64,000 nucleotides of DNA from Haliotis rufescens (lineage: Eukaryota): contig NW_025963779.1 of NCBI RefSeq assembly GCF_023055435.1, forward strand, positions 13,764,001 through 13,828,000. The letters run 5' to 3'. Position numbers and translations under genes: made by a program. Of this stretch, positions 38,056 to 50,109 are shown piece by piece. The notes under the pieces were generated by a model. That model was not told the origin of the DNA. It made no database searches and was given only the letters and a program-made list of their open reading frames with translations. Every line of letters begins with the position of its first letter. Position 1 is the first letter of the stretch.

Positions 38056-39153
38056 TCACATACATGTGCTTTCGTACTTCGGATAGTGTGTGTATGGCTT
38101 GACAGTGAGCAAATTGTTACACGAACGTTCAATATGGTTCACGCCGTTCCCCTCTTCTGTCGATCTTGTTCGGTCACTGATTTTGGACGCTCCGGGAAGC
38201 ACATTGTCCACGTGCATATTGTCTGGAGACAGTTGCGTTGGTTGACGCCAGAAGCAGAGGGTTTTCTTGTACCCTTCCCTAAAGCTGCGGTTCATGAGAC
38301 CGTAGAGGAACCAGTTAACACAGGAGTTGGTAAAGGAGGTGTATGAACAGGCGATGTGGACGGTAGCGGGCCATGTGTCGTCTCTGTCAGCAATGGTAGT
38401 GATCATGTAGGGGCTCATGAGTGCCGCGAAACAGAGGAACACGGCAAACAGTGTCTTGATGAGAGATATCTCAGCAGGCTTGGGGGTTCTGTTAGACGGC
38501 AACCCTGTCTGTCTGATCCTATTTTTGGCGTTCCTGACGTAGCGGTAGATGTAGAAGTTACAGATGAAGATGATGATGGCTGGAGCGGCGATGCTGCCGA
38601 GGAGGAGAAAAAGAGTGTAGCCGAAGTTAGCTGTTCGGTCATATCCGCAGTAGTGCAACTTCCGGTCATACCGGAAGCGGCCCCAGCCAACGAGAGGTGG
38701 TAGCGTCATGAGTGCTGCAACCACCCAGATACAAACACAGATTGTAATGGTTGTGTGTTTCGTGAAGACACGGCGGTATGTATCGCTGTGGCAAATGTTG
38801 AGGTAGCGGTTTATGGAGATAACGGTGAGGGTGAGGAGAGATGCAACGTAGGCGCACACAATAAGGAACCCGTTAAAGACACAGTGCCCTGGTCCAGCAA
38901 CGGAGTATCTTCCTGTCATAAGATCCACCAGGAGATAAGACACAACGTATCCTAGAATGATCAAGTCGGCCACGGCAAGATTGACGATGTAGATGCCGTG
39001 AAGGGTTCGGAGCACGCGATGGCTTGCCACAGTGACAATGATGAGGAGATTGCCAAACGTACCCATGACGACGTAGAAGATACCGATAATGATAAAAATG
39101 ATCCTAGCTTCTTGACTAATTTCGAATCCGACGTAAGGATCTGTTGGCGTCAT
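38056..39153 (-). CDS. Rhodopsin-family (class A) 7TM GPCR, melatonin-receptor-like (NRY type), intronless CDS
   Basis: 365-aa ORF with seven hydrophobic segments; GNLLII (TM1), NLAVAD (TM2), INRYLNICH (TM3), W in TM4, ECL2 Cys, NSCVNWFLYG (TM7), helix 8 FREGY. Confidence 0.93.
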   Translation of the reverse strand: MTPTDPYVGFEISQEARIIFIIIGIFYVVMGTFGNLLIIVTVASHRVLRTLHGIYIVNLAVADLIILGYVVSYLLVDLMTGRYSVAGPGHCVFNGFLIVCAYVASLLTLTVISINRYLNICHSDTYRRVFTKHTTITICVCIWVVAALMTLPPLVGWGRFRYDRKLHYCGYDRTANFGYTLFLLLGSIAAPAIIIFICNFYIYRYVRNAKNRIRQTGLPSNRTPKPAEISLIKTLFAVFLCFAALMSPYMITTIADRDDTWPATVHIACSYTSFTNSCVNWFLYGLMNRSFREGYKKTLCFWRQPTQLSPDNMHVDNVLPGASKISDRTRSTEEGNGVNHIERSCNNLLTVKPYTHYPKYESTCM

Positions 39154-40164
39154 GTTGACGGAGGAGTAAGCCTATCAGGAATCTGTAACAATATACTTTG
39201 GTATTAGATGTCAGAACATGTTGAAACAAAACAAAGGACAGCCAGGCTGCCGTTAACAACTGGTTGTATGATGTCGGGTAGGTTAGCCAATAAAGAAGAA
39301 TTGTTAAAGGCTTTACATAATATTCTTAATAAACATCATGGACACACTGATCATAGGTTATTTTCGTACAATTCTGTCTAATCAAGCTTTTGAAGTTTGA
39401 ATATTGATTGCCGTTATATCGGAACAACAGGACAAGTTAGAGTTTTAATAAATGAATTTATGCTCAAACATTTTAATCAGTTGGTAACAAGTGTGTTGAG
39501 AAGTAATTTGAAGCACCTCAAATGCGGATGTGTGTTATCCTTCACACAAAAACTATGCATAGACACACAATACTCAGACCGACAGAAAGACAACTTAATC
39601 ACTGGCCCAAAATATAGTCATAAAAAGGTTTACCTGCATGGGCTTATTGCCGTATGTAACTCTCATAGAGAGAAAAAAAATACAATTCTCTATTTTATTA
39701 ACACTGAACTATACTAGCTTAAATTATAAATAATAATTTCAAAATTTGCGGACTTCATTAAGTTTCAAGTCTTTGAAAGGCAATCCAGCTTGCTTCCATT
39801 TGTCAATGCCATTTCCATTCTATTACCTGTCAGTGCTAAATATCCCCAGCCTCACGATTGCCCACTGTCCATTGCCTCGTATCAATCAGTGATAATTTAA
39901 GTCCTGGCCTCCAGCTGTCCGTCGCTATCACCTGTCAGCGCGAATTAACTGTTAAGTGTTCGCTTCCATTTGTCCATTGTTAATCACCTATTGGCGCCAA
40001 TGTACTGCTGGCTTCCCGTGTGAAGTTCCACCTTTGTTATCTGATTACCTTTGTTGTTCTTACAGGTATGTTTTCTGCCTGCGACAGAAGCGATCGTTAA
40101 ACTCCAAAACTGCCTGTCTGTCACAACATTTGTTCACCTGATGAACGTTGTGTTCCTCATAGTA

Positions 40165-41540
40165 CATTTAGGTAAACATATTCGTATATCTGCCATTGTC
40201 AGTCATATGTTTCAATTTCCAACATCTAAAGTGAGGAAAACACATTCTCCTATATCTGCCAATTTCAGTCAAATGTTTTTATTTCCTACATCTAAATTTA
40301 GATAAACATATTCGTATATCTGCAATTGTCAGCCATATGTTTCAATTTCCCACATCTAAAGTGAGGAAAACACATTCTCCTATATCTGCCAATTTCAGTC
40401 AAATGTTTTAATTTCCTACATCTAAATTTAGATAAACATATTCGTATATCTGCCATTGTCAGTCATATGTTTCAATTTCCCACATCTAAAGTGAGGAAAA
40501 CACAATCTCCTATATCTGCCAATTTCAGTCAAATGTTTTAATTTCCTACATCTAAATTTAGATAAACATATTCGTATATCTGCCATTGTCAGCCATATGT
40601 TTCAATTTCCCACATCTAAAGTGAGGAAAACACATTCTCCTATATCTGCCAATTTCAGTCAAATGTTTTAATTTCCTACATCTAAATTTAGATACACATA
40701 TTCGTATATCTGCCATTGTCAGTCATATGTTTCAATTTGACACATCTGAAGTTTGACAAACACATTCTCCTATATCTGCCAATTTCAGTCAAATGTTTTT
40801 ATTTCCTACATCTAAATTTAGATAAACATATTCGTATATCTGCCATTGTCAGTCTATGTTTCAATTTCCCACATCTAAAGTGAGGAAAACACATTCTCCT
40901 ATATCTGCCAATTTCAGTCAAATGTTTTAATTTCCTACATCTAAATTTAGATAAACATATTCGTATATCTGCCATTGTCAGTCATATGTTTCAATTTGAC
41001 ACATCTGAAGTTTGACAAACACATTCTCCTATATCTGCCAATTTCAGTTAAATGTTTTTATTTCCTACATCTAAATTTAGATAAACATATTCGTATATCT
41101 GCAATTGTCAGCCATATGTTTCAATTTCCCACATCTAAAGTGAGGAAAACACATTCTCCTATATCTGCCAATTTCAGTCAAATGTTTTAATTTCCTACAT
41201 CTAAAATTAGGTAAACATAATCGTATATCTGCCATTGTCAGCCATATGTTTCAATTTGACACATCCAAAGTGAGGAAAACACATTCTCCTCTATCTGCCA
41301 ATTTCCGTCAAATGTTTTAATTTCCTACATCTAAATTTAGGTAAACATATTCTTATATCTGCCATTGTCAGTCATATGTTTCAATTTGACACATCTGAAG
41401 TTAGGAAAACACATTCTCCCATATCTGCCAATTTCAGTCAAATGTTTTAATTTTTTACATCTAAATTTAGGTAAACATATTCTTATATCTGCTAATTTAA
41501 GTCATATGTTTAAATTCTGATATCTAAATTTAGATACATA
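40165..41540 (+). repeat. 130-bp tandem repeat (dimer of two related ~65-bp subunits), ~10.5 copies
   Basis: Period 130 (40174, 40304, 40434, 40564); both halves contain TATATCTGCCA..TCAG..A.ATGTTT..ATTTCC.ACATCTAAA. Confidence 0.95.
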
Positions 41541-41569
41541 TACAGACTATTATATTGAAGTTGTAGTGG

Positions 41570-41687
41570 ATGTTGAGGTAGCGGTTTATGGAGATAACGG
41601 TGAGGGTGAGGAGAGATGCAACGTAGGCGCACACAGTAAGGAACCCGTTAAAGACACAGTGTCCTGGTCCAGCAACGGAGCATCTTC
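41570..41687 (-). pseudogene. 118-bp copy of the GPCR ECL1/TM3 segment
   Basis: Matches 38795-38912 in the same orientation with 3 mismatches by eye. Confidence 0.9.
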
Positions 41688-42164
41688 GGAGTACTTCACT
41701 GACGGAGTACTATATTATTAGATTTTGCCAATCTTCATGCATCGTTTACTAGTTTTAATTTGGATGGTTTTCTATGGCTTACAACATGTAGTACGCCATG
41801 TTTCTTCAGCCATAACATACAACAGTTGTAACCATAGCATCAGGGATTTTGAAAAGATTAGTACAAGAAATATATCCTACCCCTTTGTATATCTATAAAT
41901 AGCCCTCACATTCTTTACAATACAGAGAAACATTAATCGACATTAGGAAACATCGTACTGCAGTAGTGGGCCCCATCTGATATTTCAAAATTAGCAGTAC
42001 ACCTTTAGTCCAACCTTTTTAATATATGTGGACCACTCATATCGAACACTTACATCTCCATATGGGTATAGATTATATACAGACGGCTTATGCTCGGGAC
42101 AAATGGCAGGCCTAGCAACATGGATTTAACAACCTCAGGCACCACTGTCTTTGACTGCCAGCTT

Positions 42165-42386
42165 ACATTTTATGACGTATGATAAGCATTGTATGACGTA
42201 TAAATAACATTTTATGGCGTATAAATTACGTTTAATGATGTATTGATAGCATTTTATGACGTACTAATAGCGTTTTATGACGTATAAATAGCATAAATGA
42301 TGTATTAATAACATTTTATGACGTATTAATAGCATTTTATGACGTAAAAATAGCATTTTATGACGTATAAATAGCATTTTATGATG
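42165..42386 (+). repeat. ~21-bp AT-rich minisatellite
   Basis: Unit CATTTTATGACGTATAAATAG, ~10 copies. Confidence 0.85.
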
Positions 42387-42559
42387 AGCCAAATCACAGA
42401 GAGTGTCACAGTGGGCATACATTAAATTGATTCCATCAAAGCTGAAAATTTAGCTCTAGTCTTTGTTGCATACATTTATTCGCAAATTAATAAACAAGTG
42501 TTGTTATATGACAAACGGATTGGAAGCTGATTATCAATGAGAGTGGCTATGAGGTAAAC

Positions 42560-45500
42560 CAGTGAGACAGTGAGACAGTGAGACAGTGAGTCAGAGAGTC
42601 AGAGAGCCTGTAAGCAACTATGGAAGATGGATTCAGGATGTAAACCTCTTTGTGATGAGGATCACAACGTTTCGGAGTATATACTTACTCCTGCATCGGG
42701 TTAATGATTCTAGCTCACCTGATGAAGGAGTAAGTATATACTCCGAAAGCCAGCAAGCCATTGAGCCATTGAGCCAGTAAGACAATTTGCCAGTCAGCCA
42801 GTGAGTCAGCAAGCCAGTGTGACAGTAAGTCAGTTGGACTGTTGGACAGTAAGCCAGTGAACCATTGAGTCAGTGTGACAGTAAGCCAGCGTGACAGTAA
42901 GACAGTGTGACAGTGAGTCAGTGTGACTGTAAGCCAGTGTGACAGGAGGACAGTGTGACAGTGAGCCAGTAAGCCAGTGTGACAGTGAGTCAGTGTGACT
43001 GTAAGCCAGTGTGACAGTAGGACAGTGTGATAGTGAGTCAATGTGACAGTGAGCCAGTGTGACAGTAAGCCAGTGTGACAGTAAGCTAGTGTGACAGTGA
43101 GTCAGTGTGACTGTAAGTCAGTGGGACTGCTGGACAGTAAACCTATGAGTCAGAGAGCAAGTGTGACAGCAAGATAGTGTGACAGTGTGTCATTAAGACA
43201 GTGTGACAGTAAGTCAGTGTGACTGTAAGTCAATGAGGCTGTTGGACAGTAAGCCAGTGAACCAGTGAGACAGTGTGACTGTAAGCCAGTGTGACAGTAA
43301 GCAAGTGAGCCTGTGTGCCAGTGAGTCAGTGAGGCAGTGTGATAGTAAGCTAGCGTGACAGTAAGCCAGTGTGACAGTCAGCCAGTGTGACAGTGAGCTA
43401 GTGAATACGTGTGGCAGTAAGTCAGTGTGACAGTAAGCCAGTGTGACTGTAAGCCAGTGTGACAGTAAGCAAGTGAGCCTGCGTGCCAGTGAGTCAGTGA
43501 GGCAGTGTCATAGTAAGCTAATGTGACAGTAAGCCAGTGTGACAGTTAGCCAGTGAGTCAGTGAGTCAGTGTGACAGTCAGCCAGTGTGACAGTGAGCTA
43601 GTGAATACGTGTGGCAGTAAGTCAGTGTGACAGTAAGCAAGCGAGCCTGTGTGACAGTGAGTCAGTGTGATAGTTACCTAGGGTGACAGTCAGCCAATGA
43701 GTCAGTGAACAGGTGAAAGTAAGCCAGTGTGACAGTGAGCCAGTGAGCCATCGTGACAGTAAACTAGTGTGGCAGTGAGTCAGTGAGCCAGTGTGACAGT
43801 AAGCCAGAGTGATAGTCAGCCAGTGTTACAGTAAGCTACCGAGACAGTGAGTCATTGAGCCAGTGTGACAGTATGCTAGTGTGACAGTGAGTCAGTGAAC
43901 CAGTGTGACAGTAAGCCAGTGTGACAGTAAGCCAGTGTTACAGTAAGTCAGTGTGACAGTGATTCAGTGAACAAGTGTGACAGTGAGTCAGAGTGACAGT
44001 AAGCAAGTGTGACTGTGAATCAGTGAGGCAGTGTGACAGTAAGTCAGTTTGACAGTGAGCCCGTGTGCCAGTAGGCCAGTGGAACTTAAAGTCAGTGGGA
44101 CTGCTGGACAGTAAACCAGTGAACCAGTGAGTCAGTGAGCCAGTGTGACAGTGAGTCAGTGTGACAGTAAGCTAGTGTGACAGTGAGTCAGTGAACAAGT
44201 GTGACAGTGAGTCAGTGTGACACAAAGCCAGTGTGACAGTGAGCTAGCGTGACAGTGAGCCAATAAGTCAGTGAACAGGTGTGACAGTAAGCCAGTGTGA
44301 CAGTGAGTCAGTGAGCCAGTGTGACATTAAGCCAGTGTAACAATGACTCAGTGAGTCAGTAAGCCAGTATGCCAGTGAGCCAGTAAGTCAGTATGCCAGT
44401 GAGCTCGTGAACCAGTAAGCCAGTAAGTCAGTATGCCAATGAACCTGTGAACCAGTAAGCCAGTATGCCAGTGACTCCGTGAACCAGTAAGCCAGTAAGT
44501 CAGTATGCCAATGAACCTGTGAACCAGTAAGTCAGTATGCCAGTGACTCCGTGAACCAGTAAGCCAGTATGCCAATGAACCTGTGAACCAGTAAGCCAGT
44601 GACTCCATGAACCACTAAGCCAGTAAGTCAGTATGCCAGTGAGCCAGTAAGCCAGTATGCAAGTGAGCCCGCGTACCAACAAACCAGTAAGACAGTAAGC
44701 GAGTGAGCCAGTATGCCAGTGAGCCCATGTACCAGTAAGCCAGTAAGTCAGTTTGCCAGTGAGCCCGTGTACCAGTAAGCCAGTAAGTCAGTATGCCAGT
44801 GAGCCAGTAAGCAAAAATGTCAGTGAGCCAGTAAGCCAGTATGCCAGTGAGCCAATAAGCAAGTAAGTCAGTAAGCGAGTGATCCAGTATGCCAGTGAAC
44901 CCGTGAACCAACAAGCCAGTGAGCCAGTATGCCAGGAAGGCAGTGAGCCAATGAACCAGTAAGCCAGTAAGCCAGTGAGCCCGTGAACCAGTTAGCAGGT
45001 AAGTCAGTGAGCCAGTATGCAAGTGAGCCCTTAAGACCAGTAAGCCAGTGATCCAGTAAGTCAGTAAGCCAGTGAACCCGTGAACCAACAAGCCAGTGAG
45101 CCAGTGGGACAGTAAGCCAGTTAGTCAGTGAGCCAGTACGTCAGTGAGCTCGTGAACGAACAAGCAAGTAAGCCAGTAGGAGAGTTAGCCAGTGAGTCAG
45201 TGAGCCCGTGGACCAGTAAGCCAGTGAGCCAGTATGCCAGTGAATCCGTGAACCAGTAATTTAGGAAGCTAGTGAGCCAGTATGCCAGTGAACCCGTAAA
45301 GCAACAAGCCAGTAAGTCAGTAGGGCAGTAAGCCAGTGTACCAGGAAGTCAGTAAGCCAGTATGCCAGTGAGCCCGTGAACCAGTAAGCCAGTAAGTCAG
45401 TAAGCGAGTGAGCCAGTAAGCAAGTAAGCCAGTGAGGCCGTGAACCAGTACGTCAGTAAGCCAGTAAGCCAGTGAGACCGTGAACCAGTGAGTCAGTGAG

Positions 45501-46025
45501 CCAGTGAGTCAGCATGACAGTGAGTTGGTGTGACAGTAAGCAAGTGTGACTGTAAGCCAGTGTGACAGCGAGCCAATGAGACAGTGAGCCAGTGGGACAG
45601 TAAGCCAATGTGACGGTGTGTCAGTGTGACAGTGAGCCAGTAAGCCAGTGAGCCAGTGTGACAGTAAGTCAGTGTGATAGTAAGCTAGCGTGACAGTGAG
45701 CCAATAAGTCAGTGAACAGATGTGACAGTAAGCCCGTACGCCAGTGAGCCTGTGAACAAGTACGCCAATAAGCGAGTGAGACAGTAAGCCAGTAAGTCAG
45801 TGAGACCGTGAACCGGTAAGTCAGTAAGTCATTGAGCCAGAAATTCAATGAACCAATAAGTCAGTGAGCCAGTAAGCCAGTGAACCAGTAAGTCAGTAAG
45901 TGAGTGAGCCAGTAAGCCAGTGAGCTCGTGAACCAGTAAGCCCGTAAGCCAGTGAGCCCGTGAACCAACAAGCCAGTAAGCCAGTGAGCCCGTGAACCAG
46001 TTGACTAGTGGGCCAGTGGGCCGTG
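42560..46025 (+). repeat. Complex octamer-word satellite
   Basis: Shuffled 8-mers CAGTGTGA, CAGTAAGC, CAGTGAGT, CAGTGAGC, CAGTAAGT, CAGTATGC, CCGTGAAC. Confidence 0.92.
42662..42750. ncRNA. Inverted pair of minimal hammerhead ribozyme motifs (Penelope-like terminal repeat remnant)
   Basis: Plus strand CTGATGA-A-GGAGTA(agtata)TACTCC-GAAA at 42719-42748; inverted copy 42670-42700 with 2 mismatches, continuing GAAACGTTGTG. Confidence 0.7.
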
Positions 46026-46167
46026 AGTTTAGTTCACGTAGTTTTGCGATGTACTGTAGCGGTGGTCGTAAACATTTCCCGCTTTAAAGTATACTACATT
46101 GCTCGTTAAAGGAAATATTAGAACTTAACCGGAAAAGCACATTTCCGGAATATAACTTTATACAAGA

Positions 46168-47760
46168 CAGCTCACAGCTCATGGTTAATGACTCACAGCT
46201 CACAGGTCATGGCTTACGACTCACAGCCCACAGGTCATGGTTAATGACTCACAGCTCACAGGTCATGGCTTACGACTCACAGCCCACAGGTCATGGTTAA
46301 TGACTCACAGCTCACAGGTCATGGCTTACGACTCACAGCCCACAGGTCATGGTTAATGACTCACAGCTCACAGGTCATGGTTAATGACTCACAGTTCACA
46401 GGTCATGGCTAACGACTCACAGGTCATGTCTTACGACTCACAGCTCATGGCTTACGACTCAAAGCTCACAGGTCATGGCTTACGACTCACAGCCCACAGG
46501 TCATGGCTTACGACTCACAGCCCACAGGTCATGGTTAATGACTCACAGCTTACAGGTCAAGGCTTACGACTCACAGCTCACAGGTCATGGCTTACGACTC
46601 ACAGCTCACAGGTCTTGGTTAATTACCCACAGCTCACAGGTCATGGCTTACGACTCACAGCTCACAGGTCATGGCTTACGACTCACAGCTCACAGGTCAT
46701 GGCTTACGACTCACAGCCCACAGGTCATGGTTAATGACTCACAGCTTACAGGTCAAGGCTTACGACTCACAGCTCACAGGTCATGGCTTGCGACTCACAG
46801 CTCACAGGTCATGGCTAACGACTCACAGCTCACAGGTCATGGATTACGACTCACAGCTCACAGGTCATGGCTTACAACTCACAGATCACAGGTCATGGCT
46901 TACAACTCACAGCTCACATGTCATGGCTTACGACTCACAGCTCACAGGTCATGGCTTACGACTCACAGCTCACAGGTCATGGCTTACGACTAAAAAAAAT
47001 CTCAGGTCATGGCTTACGACTCACAGCTCACAGGTCATGGCTTACGACTCACAGATAACAGGTCATGGCTTACGACTCACAGATCACAGGTCATGGTTAA
47101 TGGCTCACAGCTCACAGGTCATGGCTTACGACTCACAGCCCACAGGTCATGGCTTACGACTCACAGCTCACAGGTCATGGCTTACGACTCACAGCCCACA
47201 GGTCATGGTTAATGACTCACAGCTTACAGGGAATGGCTTACGACTCACAGCTTACAGGTCATGGCTTGCGACTCACAGCTCACAGGTCATGGCTAACGAC
47301 TCACAGCTCACAGGTCGTGGATTACGACTCACAGCTCACAGGTCATGGTTAATGACTCACAGCCCACAGGTCATGGTTAATTACCCACAGCTCACAGGTC
47401 ATGGCTTACGACTCACAGCTCACAGGTCATGGCTAACGACTCACAGCTCACAGGTCATGGATTACGACTCACAGCTCACAGGTCATGGTTAATGACTCAC
47501 AGCCCACAGGTCATGGTTAATTACCCACAGCTCACAGGTCATGGCTTACAACTCACAGATCACAGGTCATGGCTTACAACTCACAGCTCACAGGTCATGG
47601 CTTACGACTCACCGCTCACAGGTCATGGCTTACGACTCACAGCTCAAGGTCATGGCTTACGACTCACAGCTCACAGGTCATGGCTTACGACTAAAAAAAA
47701 TCTCAGGTCATGGCTTACAACTCACAGCTCACAGGTCATGGCTTACGACTCACAGCTCAC
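46168..47760 (+). repeat. 28-bp minisatellite, ~57 copies
   Basis: Unit ACTCACAGCTCACAGGTCATGGCTTACG. Confidence 0.97.
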
Positions 47761-47789
47761 AAATGTTGCATGTTGAATGTATTTCAAAG

Positions 47790-48960
47790 TGGGTTAAGTC
47801 ATTGCTTCATTGGTAGAATGCAAGAGCTGAAAAAAAGGAAACAGAATTGGAATAAACCCATTCTGTCCCAGCTAGCTGTCATTCAAAGTCTGGCTGCCCA
47901 CATGAAACGTTTGTAGTTGTTACCACTGACAAGGCCTCAGATAACATGACCATTACATGTCAGCATCCCCACATTGATTGTTTGATCAAAGAACTTGGTA
48001 TAAGTGACATATCAAATAATGCCACATATAAGGCCAGTATGTTAACTGAGGAAGAAATCCGTCAAAACCATGCATCAGTACCCTCAACTTTTTACTTGAC
48101 TCTAAAACCTGAAGACATATCCGTTGATCTTTTGTACTGAATTCCAAAGCTCCATTAAAAAAATCCGCAAAAAGAGAGATATATTGCCGGGCCCAGCAAA
48201 TGTACCACCAAATTCCTGTCTCAAAAACTAACCATATTCCTTAATAGTATCAAGGACGGACTTTCTTTATATTCACAGTAAGTATTTGAGATAAGTGGAA
48301 TTAACACCGTGTGGATTCACAAAAACTCAAAAGATTAACTTGACTCTTTACAATCTCAGAAAAGAACAATGTTCAATTATGTGAAAAAATTAGTTTTTCA
48401 ACTTTGTACTCCACTACCCCCCTGTGACAAACTTAAGGGTAAACATTATACCTTGATCCATGGGGCTTTTGTTACAAAACGTGGGGACCATAGATTAAAT
48501 TGCATATCGAACGTCCGAGGTTCAGGACAATTTGTCAAAAATGAAGCGATGATGAAAGATCTGAAGTTGACTGATAACACAATATGTGAACCCTGAACTT
48601 CCTCATTTATAAAATCTATGTAACATTTTGAGGTAAAAAGTAGGCATCCATGGACACCAATTTTGCTCCCCACCCTGCTGTTTCTTTGTGCACAAGAAAT
48701 CGGAATTTCTGCTCGGATTGGCAAAATTAAAAAAAGGTAATTTTAAGCTTAAGCTTCATGTATATCGATATTCTGATATCGTTCAATCACCATCAAAAAG
48801 CCAATTCCCTTCCACTAATTTACCCACACGAACAAGAAATAGAGGAGACCAGTGAGACCGCCTCATCTCTTTCATCAAGGTTACAACATTCCAAAAAAAT
48901 TAAGGTAGACATGTGGAGGACATTTCCAAATTTGACACATCAGTGACAAAAATGATATCC
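47790..48960 (+). mobile_element. Degraded Penelope-like element reverse transcriptase
   Basis: Remnants VVTTDKASDN, LY*IPKLH, RYIAGPSKCTTK, SGINTVWIHKNSK, GI-MDTNFAP (GIPMGTNCAP-like), FMYIDI (FRYIDD-like), IYPHEQEI. Confidence 0.75.
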
Positions 48961-50109
48961 GATGCAATTCCCAATTTTGCCTTGTACCATATGTTTCCGT
49001 GTTTTTTTCAGGTGAACAATTGACTTGCCTTTGCATGGGTTTGTGACCGGAGCCATCCAGAAGGGCAGGACACCTTTTCGCGAACAACTGGTATTATTCA
49101 CTATTTGATAGTAATTCACAAACACATGCTCATGATATAGTCGGAATCGTACAATCGACTCTTTCTTATGAAAATGGAACGGATTTTGTCGCTTTTATTT
49201 ACGACGCTCACAGATCATGGCTTACTTGTCACATCTTACATGTTATGGCTCACGCAGACATTCAGAACTACCAATTATGTATTCAAACTTTCAAAGACTC
49301 ACCGAGTAGCAGTAGTAGGTGTGGGTCAGATCGTACACGAGACACCTATCCGCCTCGCCGGGCTGGTGAAACTTAAGTCAGCGGCGGTGCTAACAAACTG
49401 CCACACTCCATGCCACGTGCGTGTCGCTCGTCAACACGGAGCTGATGTGAGGTGACTGTTGGTTGGATTACAAGTCGTTACAATGTTTCTGTATCAATCA
49501 TTCTCATATGTAATTGCACAGTACATCTGGATAATGACCCGAGCGCCTAACACACCCATCAATGTATAGATAGTTAATTGATTTCATATTGATCTCCGGA
49601 TCTTATTTGATGAAACACACACACCGATTGAGGATTTTCTTATTGGACCCATCCTATTTAACAATGCTGGATCCGCACTTGCTTTCTGGACTCATGCTTG
49701 TCCTGTTTTTTCGATATAAAGACAATAATTATTCATAAACCAGTTCAGTCACATTTGAAGCAATGGTTTTCACATATTAAAAAGATTGGAAGCTAATAAC
49801 ACGTCATAAGTATGAAAGCGCAGTAAGTTCAACCAAACTGACACTGGGCGGTTCTAGGAAACAGAACACCACGAGATTTCTTCCCGGAATGACTATATGC
49901 ATATCAGTGTTCTGGTCATGATATCGATCTGTGATGCTTGGATGCAGAGACTGAGGGTCGATGTCGTGACATGGGGCTCTATTTGTGCAGGATGCATAAT
50001 GCATCACAGGTGCGTCATATGAACGCTTTGGGCAGAGATGTGACACAGCTTAATGCAAAGTAAATTTGACGACATGGTTTACATGAGAGACAAATACATC
50101 AGACACAGG

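Noticed and set aside
38056-39153. Opsin
   Set aside because: No retinal-binding lysine in TM7 (YTSFTNS). The overlapping antisense ORFs are shadows of the GPCR CDS.
42715-45091. His/Trp/Leu-rich ORFs
   Set aside because: Translations of the octamer satellite.
46384-47816. Long repetitive ORFs (up to 273 aa)
   Set aside because: Artefacts of a stop-poor 28-bp tandem unit read in overlapping frames.
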